NCBI GenBank assembly: GCA_002269645.1 | Contig: NIVC01000257.1 | Location: 186,001-250,000 of the forward strand | From: Macrostomum lignano | Taxonomy: Eukaryota | Direction: 5' to 3' | Length of the DNA stretch: 64,000 bases | Made by a program: the position numbers and the translations under genes | In this document: positions 1-12,300 of the stretch, one piece after another | How the letters are laid out: each line of letters begins with the position of its first letter | Position numbering within the stretch: the first letter of the stretch is position 1 | Notes under the pieces: generated by a model | Database searches by the model: none | What the model was told of the DNA's origin: nothing | What the model saw: the letters and a program-made list of their open reading frames with translations, nothing else

Positions 1-1184
1 AATCATCGCCTTATTGGGGAGGCAACAAAGAAAGGAATAAAAAAATCGAGTAAAATCCATGTAGCTTTCGACCTTGCTATTCTTAAAGAAAATGTTGCTT
101 ACAGCAAAAAGCATCAGCTCAGAGAGCCAGATATCTAGCCTAGGATATCAGCATCCTCTGAGAGCTTTGGCACCCAAGCCTCCCTTTAAGCCATGGCTGA
201 ACCCTATAACTCTGCCTTTGATCTGCCTTTGGCTTGGCCTACCAACTTCTAATTGACCTTTGACATCCCTTGACATGAGCACAGCATTTAAGCAACCCCC
301 CATTGAGCTTTGACGATTCAGTAATGCTCACCAAGAGTCACAGAATTTCAGCAATTTCCACCCCCGAGTTTGACATCTCAGAAACTCCCACATGAGCCTT
401 GATATCTCAACGATTCTCCCCAAAAGTCACAGCATCATAGCCATTTTCCCAGCCTTCCAGTCATGAGTCTTCGATGGTCGGCAGGACGCTTCTTTAATAT
501 TTAAAATGACGCACTTTTTTGTTTGACAAGACGCTATTTTTTCTTGACAAGACGATATTTTGTGTTTGACAGGACCATTTGACTTGACTTACTTAACTGC
601 AGGACAGTCCGAAGACGCAGCGGGGAGGCGATCGCCGCCCTTTCCGCTAAACCCTGGTGACCCGCTTCGGCTATGGTGCAGGGCCCAGTCAGGGCGGTAC
701 GCCGGTTCGTCCTGCAGCGTTTTCTTCGTTGGGGAAGAAAAAGGCTTGTCTAGTTGCCCGAAGAAACCGGACGAGCCGTGGGATGTTCTCGGGTCTGCAA
801 GCGTCATCGATAGATGGGTTTGGACCGAGGTGGTTTAGCCGCTCTCTAGTGAAGAACGGACTGCTTTCTCCGGGGTGACATCCGGAATGAACTGTGCCAC
901 TTTGGCGGCTATGACAACGAAGTGCTGGGCATCAAGGATTCAATGCCATCGGTCACTTGCTTCTGCACGTGTGCTTGATGGAGATACGGATAGTTTGATC
1001 CTGGCATTGGTTATGGCCGACCCGGAAACGGCTCCTAAGGAGACGTTTAAAGAATTGGTTGAGTGCGGTGTATTAGACACAGGCAATTATGGTAGGTTGC
1101 TACGCCTAATATTAATTAGTAGTAAGAAAAACAAATTTATCATTATAAGCTATATCTAACGAGATTTTGTGAACGATATATTTT

Positions 1185-1790
1185 TTAGTTTAGCGACATG
1201 TTTCGCCACACAAGTGGCATCGTCAGGCGATGAGTTATGGATAGGTTAAACGAAAACCGCGCGAAAATATAAGTGGATAAGAGTAAGAGGGTAAAGGCTA
1301 ACAAAAGTGGTGGTGGGTGAACGCACAGAACAAGAAAAGACAGGTCAGAAAATCTTTAAATATAAACTAGTGCCTCCGTTAAATAGCTGGCTGTTGAGGG
1401 TGGGTTTAAGCTCTTTTATGTACAATGCTTCTAAAGTTGGCAGCTTTCCACTGTATTGACTGTTGTCAATAATACTGAATTGGTCAATATGCTTGCGTTG
1501 GGTACATTGGTGGCACACAAGAAGGTGATCATGTACAGCGGACACTTTTCTGAAATGTTCCTTCGCTCTTGTGTGAAGGTGTCGCTCTGTTTTACCAATG
1601 TAAAACTGGCTGTGCTCAGCAGCGCACGAAAATTTGTAAAAGACACCAGCACGTAGCGGCTTAGGAATAGTAGTACATTTGGGGTTTTGAGTAAATTGAC
1701 CAACTTTCATGCTGGAGAAGCTTAACCGACATTAACATGAGCTTCTCCACTACTCATCCTAAGGTTGATCTCTACTCATAATTCCCATTT
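1185..1790 (-). mobile_element. Penelope-like element (PLE) 3' remnant: GIY-YIG endonuclease ORF (1345..1710) plus downstream tail
   Basis: ORF reads FYKFSC...FYIGKTERHLHTRAKEH...SAVHDH...FSIIDNS...LEALYIKELKPTLN, the PLE-type GIY-YIG pattern (YxF/C..YIGxT.R.L..R..EH, LE..I....P.LN). A hammerhead motif follows downstream. Confidence 0.85.
1191..1230 (-). ncRNA. Minimal type I hammerhead ribozyme motif (PLE-associated)
   Basis: Minus strand reads TCGC-CTGACGA-T-GCCAC-TTGT-GTGGC-GAAA-CATGTC-GCTA: core CUGANGA, 5-bp stem II, GAAA, palindromic ACATGT stem III and GUC cleavage triplet. Stem I has one mismatch. Confidence 0.7.
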
Positions 1791-2014
1791 GGTCATTGGC
1801 GGTTGACTTCAATCGTTCTCTATTGTCTGTCTGTTTATGTTGTTTTGCTCGCAAAATATGCGCTATCGAATGTATGTGCAAGAATTTGATTTCCGTCTTT
1901 CTTTTTTCTCAATGTATTTTTTTCTTGGATGATAGTGGGGTTAGTACTAGGCTTAGTACTAGACTCATTATAGAAGGCGATAAGAATCTTATGAACTATG
2001 AACCCTCAGCCACG

Positions 2015-2471
2015 ATGAGTACTACATCCAGCGCCTGCTCGACAGTCCCGCTGCGCGTCGTGCTAGTGGATCACGGCGCTGTGATGCCGCGGCGGGGCAC
2101 GGCGGGATCAGTTGGGTACGATTTGGCTACCTGTGAAGATCGGGCCGTGAAGGACTGTGATACTGTCATCAGGCCTTCGCGTTATCCTGCCGCCGGGCAC
2201 CTATGGCCGGATTACATGCACGAGCCGCTCAAGTTGGGCCAATCGGGGCCTGACTGTGCAGGGTGGCGTGGTGGACCCGAGCTCCGCGTGATTCTGTACA
2301 GCACGCCAGATGAGAAGATCCATCTGCCATGCGCGACGCATGTGGCCTTGCTGGTTCTGGAACGTTTTGCCACATCCCCCCCCGTGGAGGTCGGTCGGGC
2401 CAGGGAGGACCAACTGTCCACTGTTGGTGACGGTTCGGGAGTCGGGTGGTATGGGCAGCACCAACGTATGA
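2015..2471 (+). pseudogene. DUT: Intronless, frameshifted dUTPase
   Basis: Motifs occur in order across changing frames: MPRRGTAGSVGYDL (motif 1), ILPPGTYGRI..RSSWANRGLTVQGGVVDP (motifs 2-3), ELRVILY...HVALLVLERF (motif 4 region), TVRESGGMGSTNV* (motif 5, stop at 2469-2471). At least 3 frameshifts. Confidence 0.8.
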
Positions 2472-3394
2472 TGCTGGCTCATGGGGGTGACAGGAATTCG
2501 TGTTTTGGTGGAGGGTTAAATTTGCTTTTTTTATGTATTGCCCGTGAATTTGCACATGTGCAAATTTGCACAAGCAAATGCTGTCTCTTAGTAGAATCAA
2601 GTGAGATGGGAACTCAACGCCGTCAGAAGAAGAAACGAGTGCTTGAGCGAGTTAGGCTTGCACGTTCTGTTCTTTTCGGCGTTTAGATCGAACTGAAGGA
2701 AGTGTGTGAAATTCAGTTAAGAGTGCCGTCGAACTACCTATTCATTTTTACATGTAAAATTTGGGGGTGTGCAATTAGCTATTTGGGATAATGGGGGAAT
2801 TTCTAATTGGGAGAATGTGGGCTTTCTGGCTTGGAAACTGGGGGCAGTTCCCTTCATGGCAGGCAAATTTTCACAATCAGAAGTTGAACAGATGAAGAAA
2901 TCTGCATAATTTGAGATGGAAATTTATGGGAGAAAATTAGTTGGAGAAATCAGTGAGTAATTTTCTGTAGTCAGAAGGGGCTTGCAGGAGCAGAGAGTTC
3001 AGCCCCCCCCCCCTCTGTTCCACACGTGTTATTTGCGATGTGGGAAAATTCCGCACAGATGTTGCCCCCGGTTTGCTCAATTTAACTTTGCTCCCGTTTT
3101 GAACAGCTGACTAAAGCTTACGACCCGTTCGTTATTCGTTAAGTATTTCTCTGAAAATATTTCCCAATAAAATCTGAATTGAAGGAACTCTTCAGCGTGC
3201 TACTGTTAGTATCAACATTTGTGTGCTTGACTCTTTTTCTGTATAAAATTTACCGTATATTTTTGATTAACATATATCTAAATGATTATAAAAAATCCTG
3301 AAGCATAACTAGCGAAATTTGAATGGGGAAAAGTATTTATGTAGATATAATTACTAAACAAGCTCACACTGATCATGTTGAACGTGGTGGTAAC

Positions 3395-3650
3395 TCCTTA
3401 ATAGTCATAACAATCACTCCTTAATAGTCATGAAGGTCACTCCTCAATAGTCATGAAGGTCACTTTTTAATAGTCATGAAGGTCACTCCTCAATAGTCAT
3501 GTTGGTCACTCTTTAATAGTCATGACGGTCACTCCTTAATAGTCATGACGACCACCCTTTAATAGTCCTTATGGTCATTCCGGTTTGTCACTCCTGCCTG
3601 GTCACTCCTGCTTGTCACTCCCACTGGTCACTCCTGCTGGTCACTCGACG
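3395..3650. repeat. Degenerate 13-bp then 23-bp tandem repeat (core GTCACTCC) overlapping the FAXC stop codon and 3' UTR
   Basis: Recurring ggtcactccttaatagtcatgaa and gtcactcctg units. Confidence 0.8.
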
Positions 3651-5216
3651 CTTCCTTATTGTCCTCGGTCGGCAGTTTTTCACTCCCCTGCACATTGGCC
3701 GCACAAAATTCTTCCCAATCGGGCCAGATTATGCTCTTCAGCCTGTCCAGGTAGGGCCCCAGATTCTTGGCTTCCGTCTCCATTACCGCTTTGTGCGGCG
3801 GCTTCAAAGGCGAATACCTGGAATGGTCGAAGGTAGTTAGTTTTAGTTAGAGGCAGGGGGCTGGCTGCGTGCACCCTTGCGCACTTCAAGCGACATTGTC
3901 ACACAACCGGCGAGAGGCATTACTGCCCATTCTGCCGACTCCCCTGAGACCAGGCACACAAACGCGCGGATACGTACGCAGTCATACGCACAGGCACACA
4001 CTCACACGAGTGTACAGCGGCCCTAACTTTATTTATCGTCAGGCATATACACCTAACTGTGCCTTGGCGGTTGGCCCTCAAGGGTGTTAATTGCACGAGC
4101 AGAGCCAAGCCGAGATTTCAGTTTAGCCGCAAATTAATGTGACTGCAATTGGAATCGAGCCTGGGCCGCTGGCACATCAGAGCACCACTGATTCCGGCTC
4201 CTCTATGGTTGAAGATAGTTTTTGAGCTAAATAATGCTGCAGACAGTTGCTAGGTCATGGAGCATGTTCACTTTGCCTATCCTCCAATAAGCCAACAGAC
4301 AACTATTAGCAAGGACCACTAGGGGAACACTTCGTTCCAGAAGTCCTTGATTACTGAACTCTCCTGAGGGAGTCAAGAATGTTCTGCCAACAGCGCAGGC
4401 CCCAGCACCCAAGGCACAAGAGTATGCACAAAGCGCGATAACTAGAAAGTCAGACCCTGTGTGAGTACGGTGAGTACCTGCGTACGCCCGTACCTTTGCC
4501 CTGATTCGTCATTTGTAAATTTGTAAGATTTGTAGATTTGTAAATAATCCGCACGGTGATCAAAACCCTCACCAGATCTGCGCCAGGTGCGAGAATACGG
4601 CGCAATCGACTGCCGTGGGCGCCTCGCCGCCCATCAGGAACTGCTTGTCACCGAGCAGGCCAGACAGAGCCCGGATGTCGTCGCAGCCCATGGCGTGAAT
4701 CTCCTCTACTGTGTTCCGGCCGATCCCGTGGCCCTCCAGCCGGGATCTGTAGTTGCGCGGAATTGTCCGGGACGCGATGGCGCGCTTCACCGCGCCCATT
4801 CCCTCCCACATCTCGAAGAAGACGGGAGCTTCCGGACCGAGCATCCGGTAGTGGCTGTACGACCACACCAGGTGGTTGTCCACCATGGCCTCCACCATGC
4901 TGGACACGGCCTGCTGCTCGGCAGTCAGGTCGTCCAGCTTGTTGAACTTGGCCGCCAGCTCCTTGATGATGAAGCTGGACTCGTTGATCTCTCTGCCGTC
5001 GACTTCAACGAACGGCACCTGGCCCTTCTTGCTCCAGTGGCTGTAGCTGCGAATAGCCTCGTACTCGATGCCATTGAGCCTCAGCCAGGACTCCACCTTC
5101 AGAGCGAACGGCGATATTGTTGGGCAGCACCGGACGCTGGGAAAGGTGAACAGGTACACTTTGCCAGGCTTGTAGTTTGGAATCCTTGGTCCGCTGCTGC
5201 TGGTCAGGTTGCCCAT
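3628..5216 (-). CDS. FAXC: Failed-axon-connections / metaxin-like GST-fold protein (FAXC, CDR-4/6 family), 277 aa; exons 5216..4573 and 3817..3628
   Basis: N-terminal LFTFP....PTISPFALKVESWLRLNGIEY, SKKGQVPFVEVDGREINESSFII, FLMG..PTAVDCAVFSHLAQIW. Donor ATCTG|gtgagg and acceptor ttccag|G restore W-YSPLKPPH...NLGPYLDRLKSIIWPDWEEFC, the typical FAX C-terminus. Confidence 0.9.
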
Positions 5217-6244
5217 TGTTCCTGCTGATCCTGTTGTGAATATTTGCTGAGCGATAGCAACAAGATTGCAAGTCTATACGAGTATGCGGGTTATTACGGT
5301 CCGGTCGGGCCCTGGCTTTATTTCATTCTTCTTTACCTCAAGACCCGCAGCAAGCCACCCCATCTACATCTCTTTCTCTCGGAGTGTATTTTTGCGACTC
5401 AGTCCCTGAGCACGCGTATGCGCAGTGCATTCCTATCTAGGCTACAGCAATAGCAAGATAAAGTAGTCTGCACCCCCCCCTCTCATAAGCTGGCGGGTGC
5501 TTGCGGTCGTAAATCGTTGAATAGTTGGTGACAATCTGTGGAGTTCTATGGAGTACTGAGACTCAGCATCTGGAGTGGAGTATGATGGCCAAGTCGTGGA
5601 GTCCTCAGACTTACAATATGGAAAGCTTTGGAACCGCCATTGTTTGTACACAAATTCTGGCTGTCAGTGCTAAACTTCTTTTGCGAATTTCCTTTGCAAA
5701 CTCTTCTGTCATGATTTGCTCGTCACACTCCACGCACTGCCCCTCATGGGGCATCCACCTTAATTGTTCCGAGCCTGGTTTTATCGCAACTGCTCAATGC
5801 TTGATTTCTCAACGCGTTGACCTATGATAAAAAGCAGAATTCACTTGTTTATCAGCTAGGTGGTCACGATTATTTGGTCTGACATTTGAATTTACATTAT
5901 ATTACACGTGAGGGCGTTTAAGTCAGAGCCGTTCAGGCGCGAATTCAAAGTTTGATACATTTACGAGTTTTTTTTGAGATTTGCTTTTTCCCACCAGCTA
6001 GATTTTCTTGTCATGATCGATTTTCTTATGATTCGAGCGTAGTTCGAGACAAACATTTCTTGCAGAGTAAATTTTTGAATGAAAGTTTTTTTCTGTTCTG
6101 TATAAATAAAAATTGCGCTTTTCTCGATATCCGAATGAAAACTTGAGTTTAGACGCCAATTGAACAACAGCGATAGAATTCACCACATGACACGTACGGT
6201 GCATGTATCAATAGCTGCACGGAGACCAGAGGTGCTTTGTCCCC

Positions 6245-6494
6245 AATAATAATGATAATAATGGATTACAACTGTCCCAATAGGCAGATGTGCAACCGAC
6301 AGATCAGCCGCAGCTATTGCATGGCGCATCTGAAGGCTGCGTACGGCTGTTCAGTCTAAGGACTGGGGGGTCGCCATACACACCCTCACTTGCTTAAGGA
6401 CCACAAATTGTTCCAGTGATATCGGGAATCGAACCTCCGACCTTCAAATCGTGAGTCCGTCGCTCTAACCACTTGTCTGCGAGCTACAAGCCCC
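6245..6494 (-). mobile_element. tRNA-derived SINE
   Basis: Minus strand has GGGGCTTGTAGCTC..., an A-box (GTGGTTAGAGC, plus-strand 6462-6472), a B-box (GGTTCGATTCCC, 6424-6435), a unique body and an (ATT)n-like tail at 6245-6262. Confidence 0.75.
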
Positions 6495-6847
6495 TCAACA
6501 GAAGATGGAGATCACACTTCAAAGTACAGTATTCTGCACTTTCACTTCTATTCTGCCTTTGTTTTTTTGGTATTCATTCCTGGACAGGATGGTTGCCTCA
6601 TAGACAGCGCTTCGCTTTTGAAAAGTCTCGCACGCAGCTGAAAGTCTCTACAAGTAGGGAACCCTTTATTCTTGTGAATAAATGAACTCGGTTGTTATTT
6701 TTTGATAGTATTCTTTAATAGTGTCTATCTTTAAACAATTTTTGAGTAGCCTGTCATATATATTTTCCTTCATTCCCCCAAGTTGACTGGCGGGGGCCGC
6801 AGGGCGCGCATTAGCAGTTGAGGCAGTCCGGCTCTAGTTGCAGGCAG

Positions 6848-7357
6848 TCAGCCGAGGGTCTTGATGTACACTCGGCACCGCTTCACCTGCACCTTCAGGC
6901 GCTGATAGGCCCGCAGGCCGTAACAGTTGACCCCGGTATCAACGAACGCGGTCTCGTCGTCATTCCTGAAGCTATCGTCCTTGGAGCAGGCCAGGGAGCT
7001 CGGAAGAAACTGCTTGGGATAGACGTCGTTGCACACCTGCTGGCGAAAGCAGGGCGCGCCAGGCAGGCACCTGTCTCCGTTGCCCATGCTAAAAACCTTC
7101 TCATCGCGGAAGTTGCACGGCAGACTGGCACTGTTGACAGCGTCGCTTCGATTGCCGATCGGATCCTGGTAGTCGCCGTCGAACGGGCTGACGACGGTCC
7201 AGATGAGGTTCCCGTTGAACCAGTCTTGGGTCTTGGCTTTGGGCAGGCGTCTGGCACAGTGGTGCCTCAGCCGGGCCGCGAAGTCCCATTCGCCTATGGA
7301 CAGGGCGACGGACGAGGCGACAAGAACAAAGATGGTCAGGAGGCGCAGCGACACCAT
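6848..7357 (-). CDS. Single-exon putative secreted protein, 169 aa, 8 Cys, family not recognised
   Basis: Hydrophobic signal peptide MVSLRLLTIFVLVASSVALS; GC-rich coding-like composition; Cys-rich mature region. Confidence 0.65.
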   Translation of the reverse strand: MVSLRLLTIFVLVASSVALSIGEWDFAARLRHHCARRLPKAKTQDWFNGNLIWTVVSPFDGDYQDPIGNRSDAVNSASLPCNFRDEKVFSMGNGDRCLPGAPCFRQQVCNDVYPKQFLPSSLACSKDDSFRNDDETAFVDTGVNCYGLRAYQRLKVQVKRCRVYIKTLG

Positions 7358-9331
7358 TTTATTAGCAAGAGCAGTCGGTAACTCGTAATATCCTTTGCTT
7401 GGCTCTCCAAAGACCTGAATGGATGTCGAACTGCTTTTGGCGCACCAGCTGGGGACTCTCTAGCGCGAAATTCCTTTTATACTGTCTGCACTGGTTAATC
7501 CTTTCCCAGCACTATTGGCTTTGAGATTATTAAAAATTCGATTCCAATGCTCCCCATCTCGACTGAGTCGAATAATTCGCCCCCGCGCTAGAGCTATTCT
7601 CGACTTCGTCTGCGATCTGCTGAGGTACCGAGACACCGCTGTGCAACTGGAAACCTTGGCAAACCCGGCTGGGACCAAATTGCTCTGGGTTGGAACCAAA
7701 CACGGAATCTCTCCCATCGCTCGTATTCCACCTGAAGTCTAGCGATGCCGCTGGCTCCTTGCCAGGTTTCCGTCTTCCAAATCAACGTAGGCGTTGGATA
7801 TTGTATCACTACGCGGATTCTACCTGCTTCCTAATTGAAATACGCGGATTTCCGTGTGGAGTCTTCCCAGTGTGGAATGTCTTGAGGAAATTCCATGTTT
7901 GCGGAGGCGGAGAATCCTTCAGTTGAGATGCAACGCAGCACTGCATCCCAATTTAATGTGTCTCGACACAGCAATGTCATGCTTTTTGTTACTTGTGGGG
8001 GGGGGGGCGTTGGAGTTAAAATTACGAAGTGATCTTTTGATATTTTTGGGAAAATCCTTCTTTATGACATGGTAATCTTGATAATTTCTCTTCTTGTCTC
8101 ACTATATCGATTAAAAAATACCACTAATAAAATCTTATTTATTAATTTGAATATCACCAACGTAATTGTAATGCGAATGTTTGCATTAGTGGCAAAATAC
8201 TCGTAATAACGCATGGAAATGACTGGTAATATAGTATTGGCGTTAAACGAAAATTTTACTTTACTTCAGGCTGTTCACCTACTAGCTAAGATAGAATTCA
8301 GAAGGAAGAGATTTTAACGCATGTCTCCACTCGTGATGAATTTGTCATTTGGCAGGAGCAAGATGGCAACATCATCATCACCAACACTCATCAATTAGCT
8401 TGGATTACATAAGACTCAGTGTACGAGATCATGAACTATAGTTTGCTTTCTATCCCTAATATTTTAGAAGTCCACAGAGCATAGACAAGTTAAGTGCACA
8501 TGTAGCTCCAGATGTCCATTTTTTTATTTTTCTTACACCTTAATATAACTATGTTGTTATATCCAATGCGGAAACAATTCCTTCCTTATTTCCTCATGAT
8601 CCTTCCGTTGTCCTCTGCAGCAGTCTCGGCAGCAGCCGCCGAATTCTCCCACGGATGACCAGTGGGTAGGAGACCGCCAAGAGTCTACATGCGTCTTCTG
8701 GAAAAAAATCTCGGGGGCTTATTGGGCATTATTTAGCAAATCTTTGATTTTATATTTGAGCAAATAAAATACATAATATAAGCTACATTTATTTTTTCTT
8801 TCTCTTTTCTTTTTTCAAAAGGCTTATTCATTCATAAACAATTAGTGTTAATGCATATTACTATACAAATAATTTTTACATATTATTAAATCAAGGACCA
8901 CTACTACTGTGGACACACGAATCCACTAAAAGTATTGAAGTATTGAATCCACGAAAAAATGAAAATTAGCAGATTCTTTAGTTTCTGGACTCTTATCACT
9001 TAACTTTCATAAAAACTTATTGAGTTGAGTGGTTTATTTTTAATTAGTGTTTCCGATTTCTAAGCAACATAACAAAAAACGGCTGTTGTTTTTGAGATTG
9101 CAAGCAATAATACTAAAAAATGCAACCTGCGAAAACAGTATACATTTAAAAAAAGTAAATTTAAATTATATTTATATTTTGGCTGGGGGTGTGTCCGCTT
9201 CCTACTAAAAGTTCAGTGTGCTGTTTTTTCACTGACCTTCCATTGATACTGGTTTGTCAAACTGAGTAATTGCTTTGTTTGCGTTATTATTATCAATTAT
9301 CATTATTTGTAAACAATAAAGATATACGGAA

Positions 9332-12300
9332 ATGAGCTCACCAATCGATACCAACTGTATGACGCTCACAAGGTTCATCCTTGAAGAGCAAAAGAAGCAC
9401 AAGTCTGCTTCTGGTGACTTCACCAATATTATGACTGCCATCTGCACTGCTGTTAAGGCTGTTTCATCGGCAGTTCGTCGTGCTGGAATGAATTCCATGT
9501 AAGGCCAATCAATGTCTGTCATTTTTACACAAGTCAGAATGCATATAGGTTTTCTTCAATCAACTAACAATACTATTGTCTGTCATTAACTAGAGTCAGG
9601 TACAAACAAAGGTCATAGCTAGCTATTAGGGCTTAGGGCTTAAGCTAGGCCTATATAAAATATCTTATAAACTTGTATAATGTTACTATCACAATATACT
9701 AAATAGCTAAATATGCTGTCCTTCATCCTTCTTTCATTCAAATTATAATTTTATAGACAAAGCATTGATTGAATTGCTAAATTAAAATAGTTATATATTA
9801 TGTTATACTTTATATTATTGTTAAGCAGGTGCAAAGCCAGGATTAATGTCCAAGTGAACACAAAGACATCAATCTATCTCCCTTATTATATTAAACAGTC
9901 AGCAATCAAAGCAAAATATAAAAGTAATAAAAAAATTATCTCCCTTCTAAGATAGGACATGTCCTTGGTTGGTGTCCTCCCTATGCCCTTATTGTTAGAT
10001 ACTATTCTAAAATTTAGATAAATAATAAATATTATTTTTAATGTTTAGAATGCTCTTTATAATATAAATTATATAGGCATAGCTAATTAGTATTTTTATT
10101 TCTAATAAGTCTTAGCTATAATAAGTCTTATATTATATATAATATGTAATATTTTCTTTGCACTAATAATTGTCAACAAAAACTTGTAGTCTATAGTTAA
10201 ACTTAACAAATTGTCTAGAATAATTTGTTTTTTTAGTCAATCAGAATTGGGTTTTCTCAGAAACCTTTTTTGAATGCTTTTTAATTATCAATAAAAATAT
10301 GTTTAGCCAAAGGAAATTTACCCTTGTAATTTCTATTGCATAGGTTTGGCATGGCTGGTGGTCAAAATGTCCAAGGTGAAGATGTCAAGAAGCTGGATGT
10401 GCTGGCCAATGATCTCTTCATCAACATGCTGAGCTCAACATTTAAAGTGTGCGCTATGGTATCTGAGGAGAATAAAGACCTGATTGTGGTGGACTCTGAG
10501 CACGAGGGAAGGTACATCGTGTGCTTTGATCCTCTAGATGGTTCATCTAACATTGACTGCCTGGTGTCCATCGGCAGCATCTTCTGTGTGTTCCGCCGAC
10601 TTGGCGATGGCCCTGTGAGCACCAAAGACGCCCTGCAGCCTGGCGACCAGGTGGTTGGTGCCGGATATGCTCTGTATGGCAGCGCCACCATGGTTGTGCT
10701 ATCTCTGGGCGGTGGGGTCAACGGGTTCATGTTGGACCCGTCCATTGGTGAGACTGCCTGGCCTGCTTGGCCTTCCAAAAATTAATAATAGTGTGGTTAT
10801 TGATTCCTTTCTTTAGTATCCCACTGGGCTGCCATCTTTTCAGAGCCTCTCAGATTCTCCCAGATCCTCAGCTGCTGGCCAGCCTCCCAGATCCTCTGTT
10901 GCTGGCCAGCCTCCCAGATCCTCAGTTGCTAGGCCAGACTCCCAGATCCTCAGTTGCTGGGCCAGCATCCCAGATCCTCAGTTGCTAGGCCAGCATCCCA
11001 GATCCTCAGTTGCTGGGCCAGCATCCCAGATCCTCAGTTGCTAGGCCAGCCTCCCAGATCCTCAGTTGCTAGGCCAGCCTCCCAGATCCTCAGTTGCTAG
11101 GCCAGCATCCCAGATCCTCAGTTGCTAGGCCAGCCTCCCAGATCCTCAGTTGCTAGGCCAGCATCCCAGATCCTCTGTTCCTGGGCCAGCCTCCCAGATC
11201 CTCAGTTGCTAGGCCAGCATCCCAGATCCTCTGTTGCTGGGCCAGCCTCCCAGATCCTCAGTTGCTGGCCAGACTCCCAGATCCTCAGTTGCTAGGCCAG
11301 CATCCTAGATCCTCAGTTGCTAGGCCAGCCTCCCAGATCCTCAGTTGCTAGGCCAGCCTCCCAGATCCTCAGTTGCTAGGCCCGCCTCCCAGATCCTCAG
11401 TTGCTAGGCCAGCCTCCCAGATCCTCAGTTGCTAGGCCCGCCTTCCAGATCCTCAGTTGCTAGGCCAGCATCCCAGATCCTCAGTTGCTAGGCCAGCCTC
11501 CTAGATCCTAAGTTGCTAGGCCCGCCTCCCAGATCCTCAGTTGCTAGGCCCGCCTCCCAGATCCTCAGTTGCTAGGCCAGCATCCCAGATCCTCTGTTGC
11601 TGGGCCAGCCTCCCAGATCCTCAGTTGCTAGGCCAGCATCCCAGATCCTCAGTTGCTGGCCAGACTCCCAGATCCTCAGTTGCTAGGCCAGCATCCCAGA
11701 TCCTCAGTTGCTAGGCCAGCCTCCCAGATCCTCAGTTGCTAGGCCAGCCTCCCAGATCCTCAGTTGCTAGACCCGCCTCCCAGATCCTCAGTTGCTAGGC
11801 CAGCATCCCAGATCCTCAGTTGCTAGGCCAGCCTCCCAGATCCTCAGTTGCTAGGCCAGCATCCCAGATCCTCTGTTGCTGGGCCAGCCTCCCAGATCCT
11901 CAGTTGCTAGGCCAGCATCCCAGATCCTCAGTTGCTAGGCCAGCCTCCCAGATCCTCAGTTGCTAGGCCAGCCTCCCAGATCCTCAGTTGCTAGGCCAGC
12001 CTCCCAGATCCTCAGTTGCTAGGCCAGCATCCCAGATCCTCAGTTGCTAGGCCAGCCTCCCAGATCCTCAGTTGCTAGACCCGCCTCCCAGATCCTCAGT
12101 TGCTAGGCCAGCCTCCCAGATCCTCAGTTGCTAGGCCAGCATCCCAGATCCTCAGTTGCTAGGCCAGCCTCCCAGATCCTCAGTTGCTAGGCCAGCCTCC
12201 CAGATCCTCAGTTGCTAGGCCAGCATCCCAGATAGGCATATTGTGGCCTAAGAATCTCTAAGCCGCACCACCCCACGCAGGCGAATTTGTGCTAACGGAG

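Noticed and set aside
560-1160. GC-rich coding-like stretch with short ORFs
   Set aside because: No recognisable domain or consistent exon structure
1796-2686. 296-aa ORF as an intact gene
   Set aside because: Only parts match dUTPase; motifs 2, 3 and 5 are in other frames, so treated as a pseudogene
10850-12232. CRISPR-like regular 28-bp repeats (also 49372-49990, 50460-51583)
   Set aside because: Units are head-to-tail with no unique spacers, there are no cas genes, and the context is eukaryotic introns
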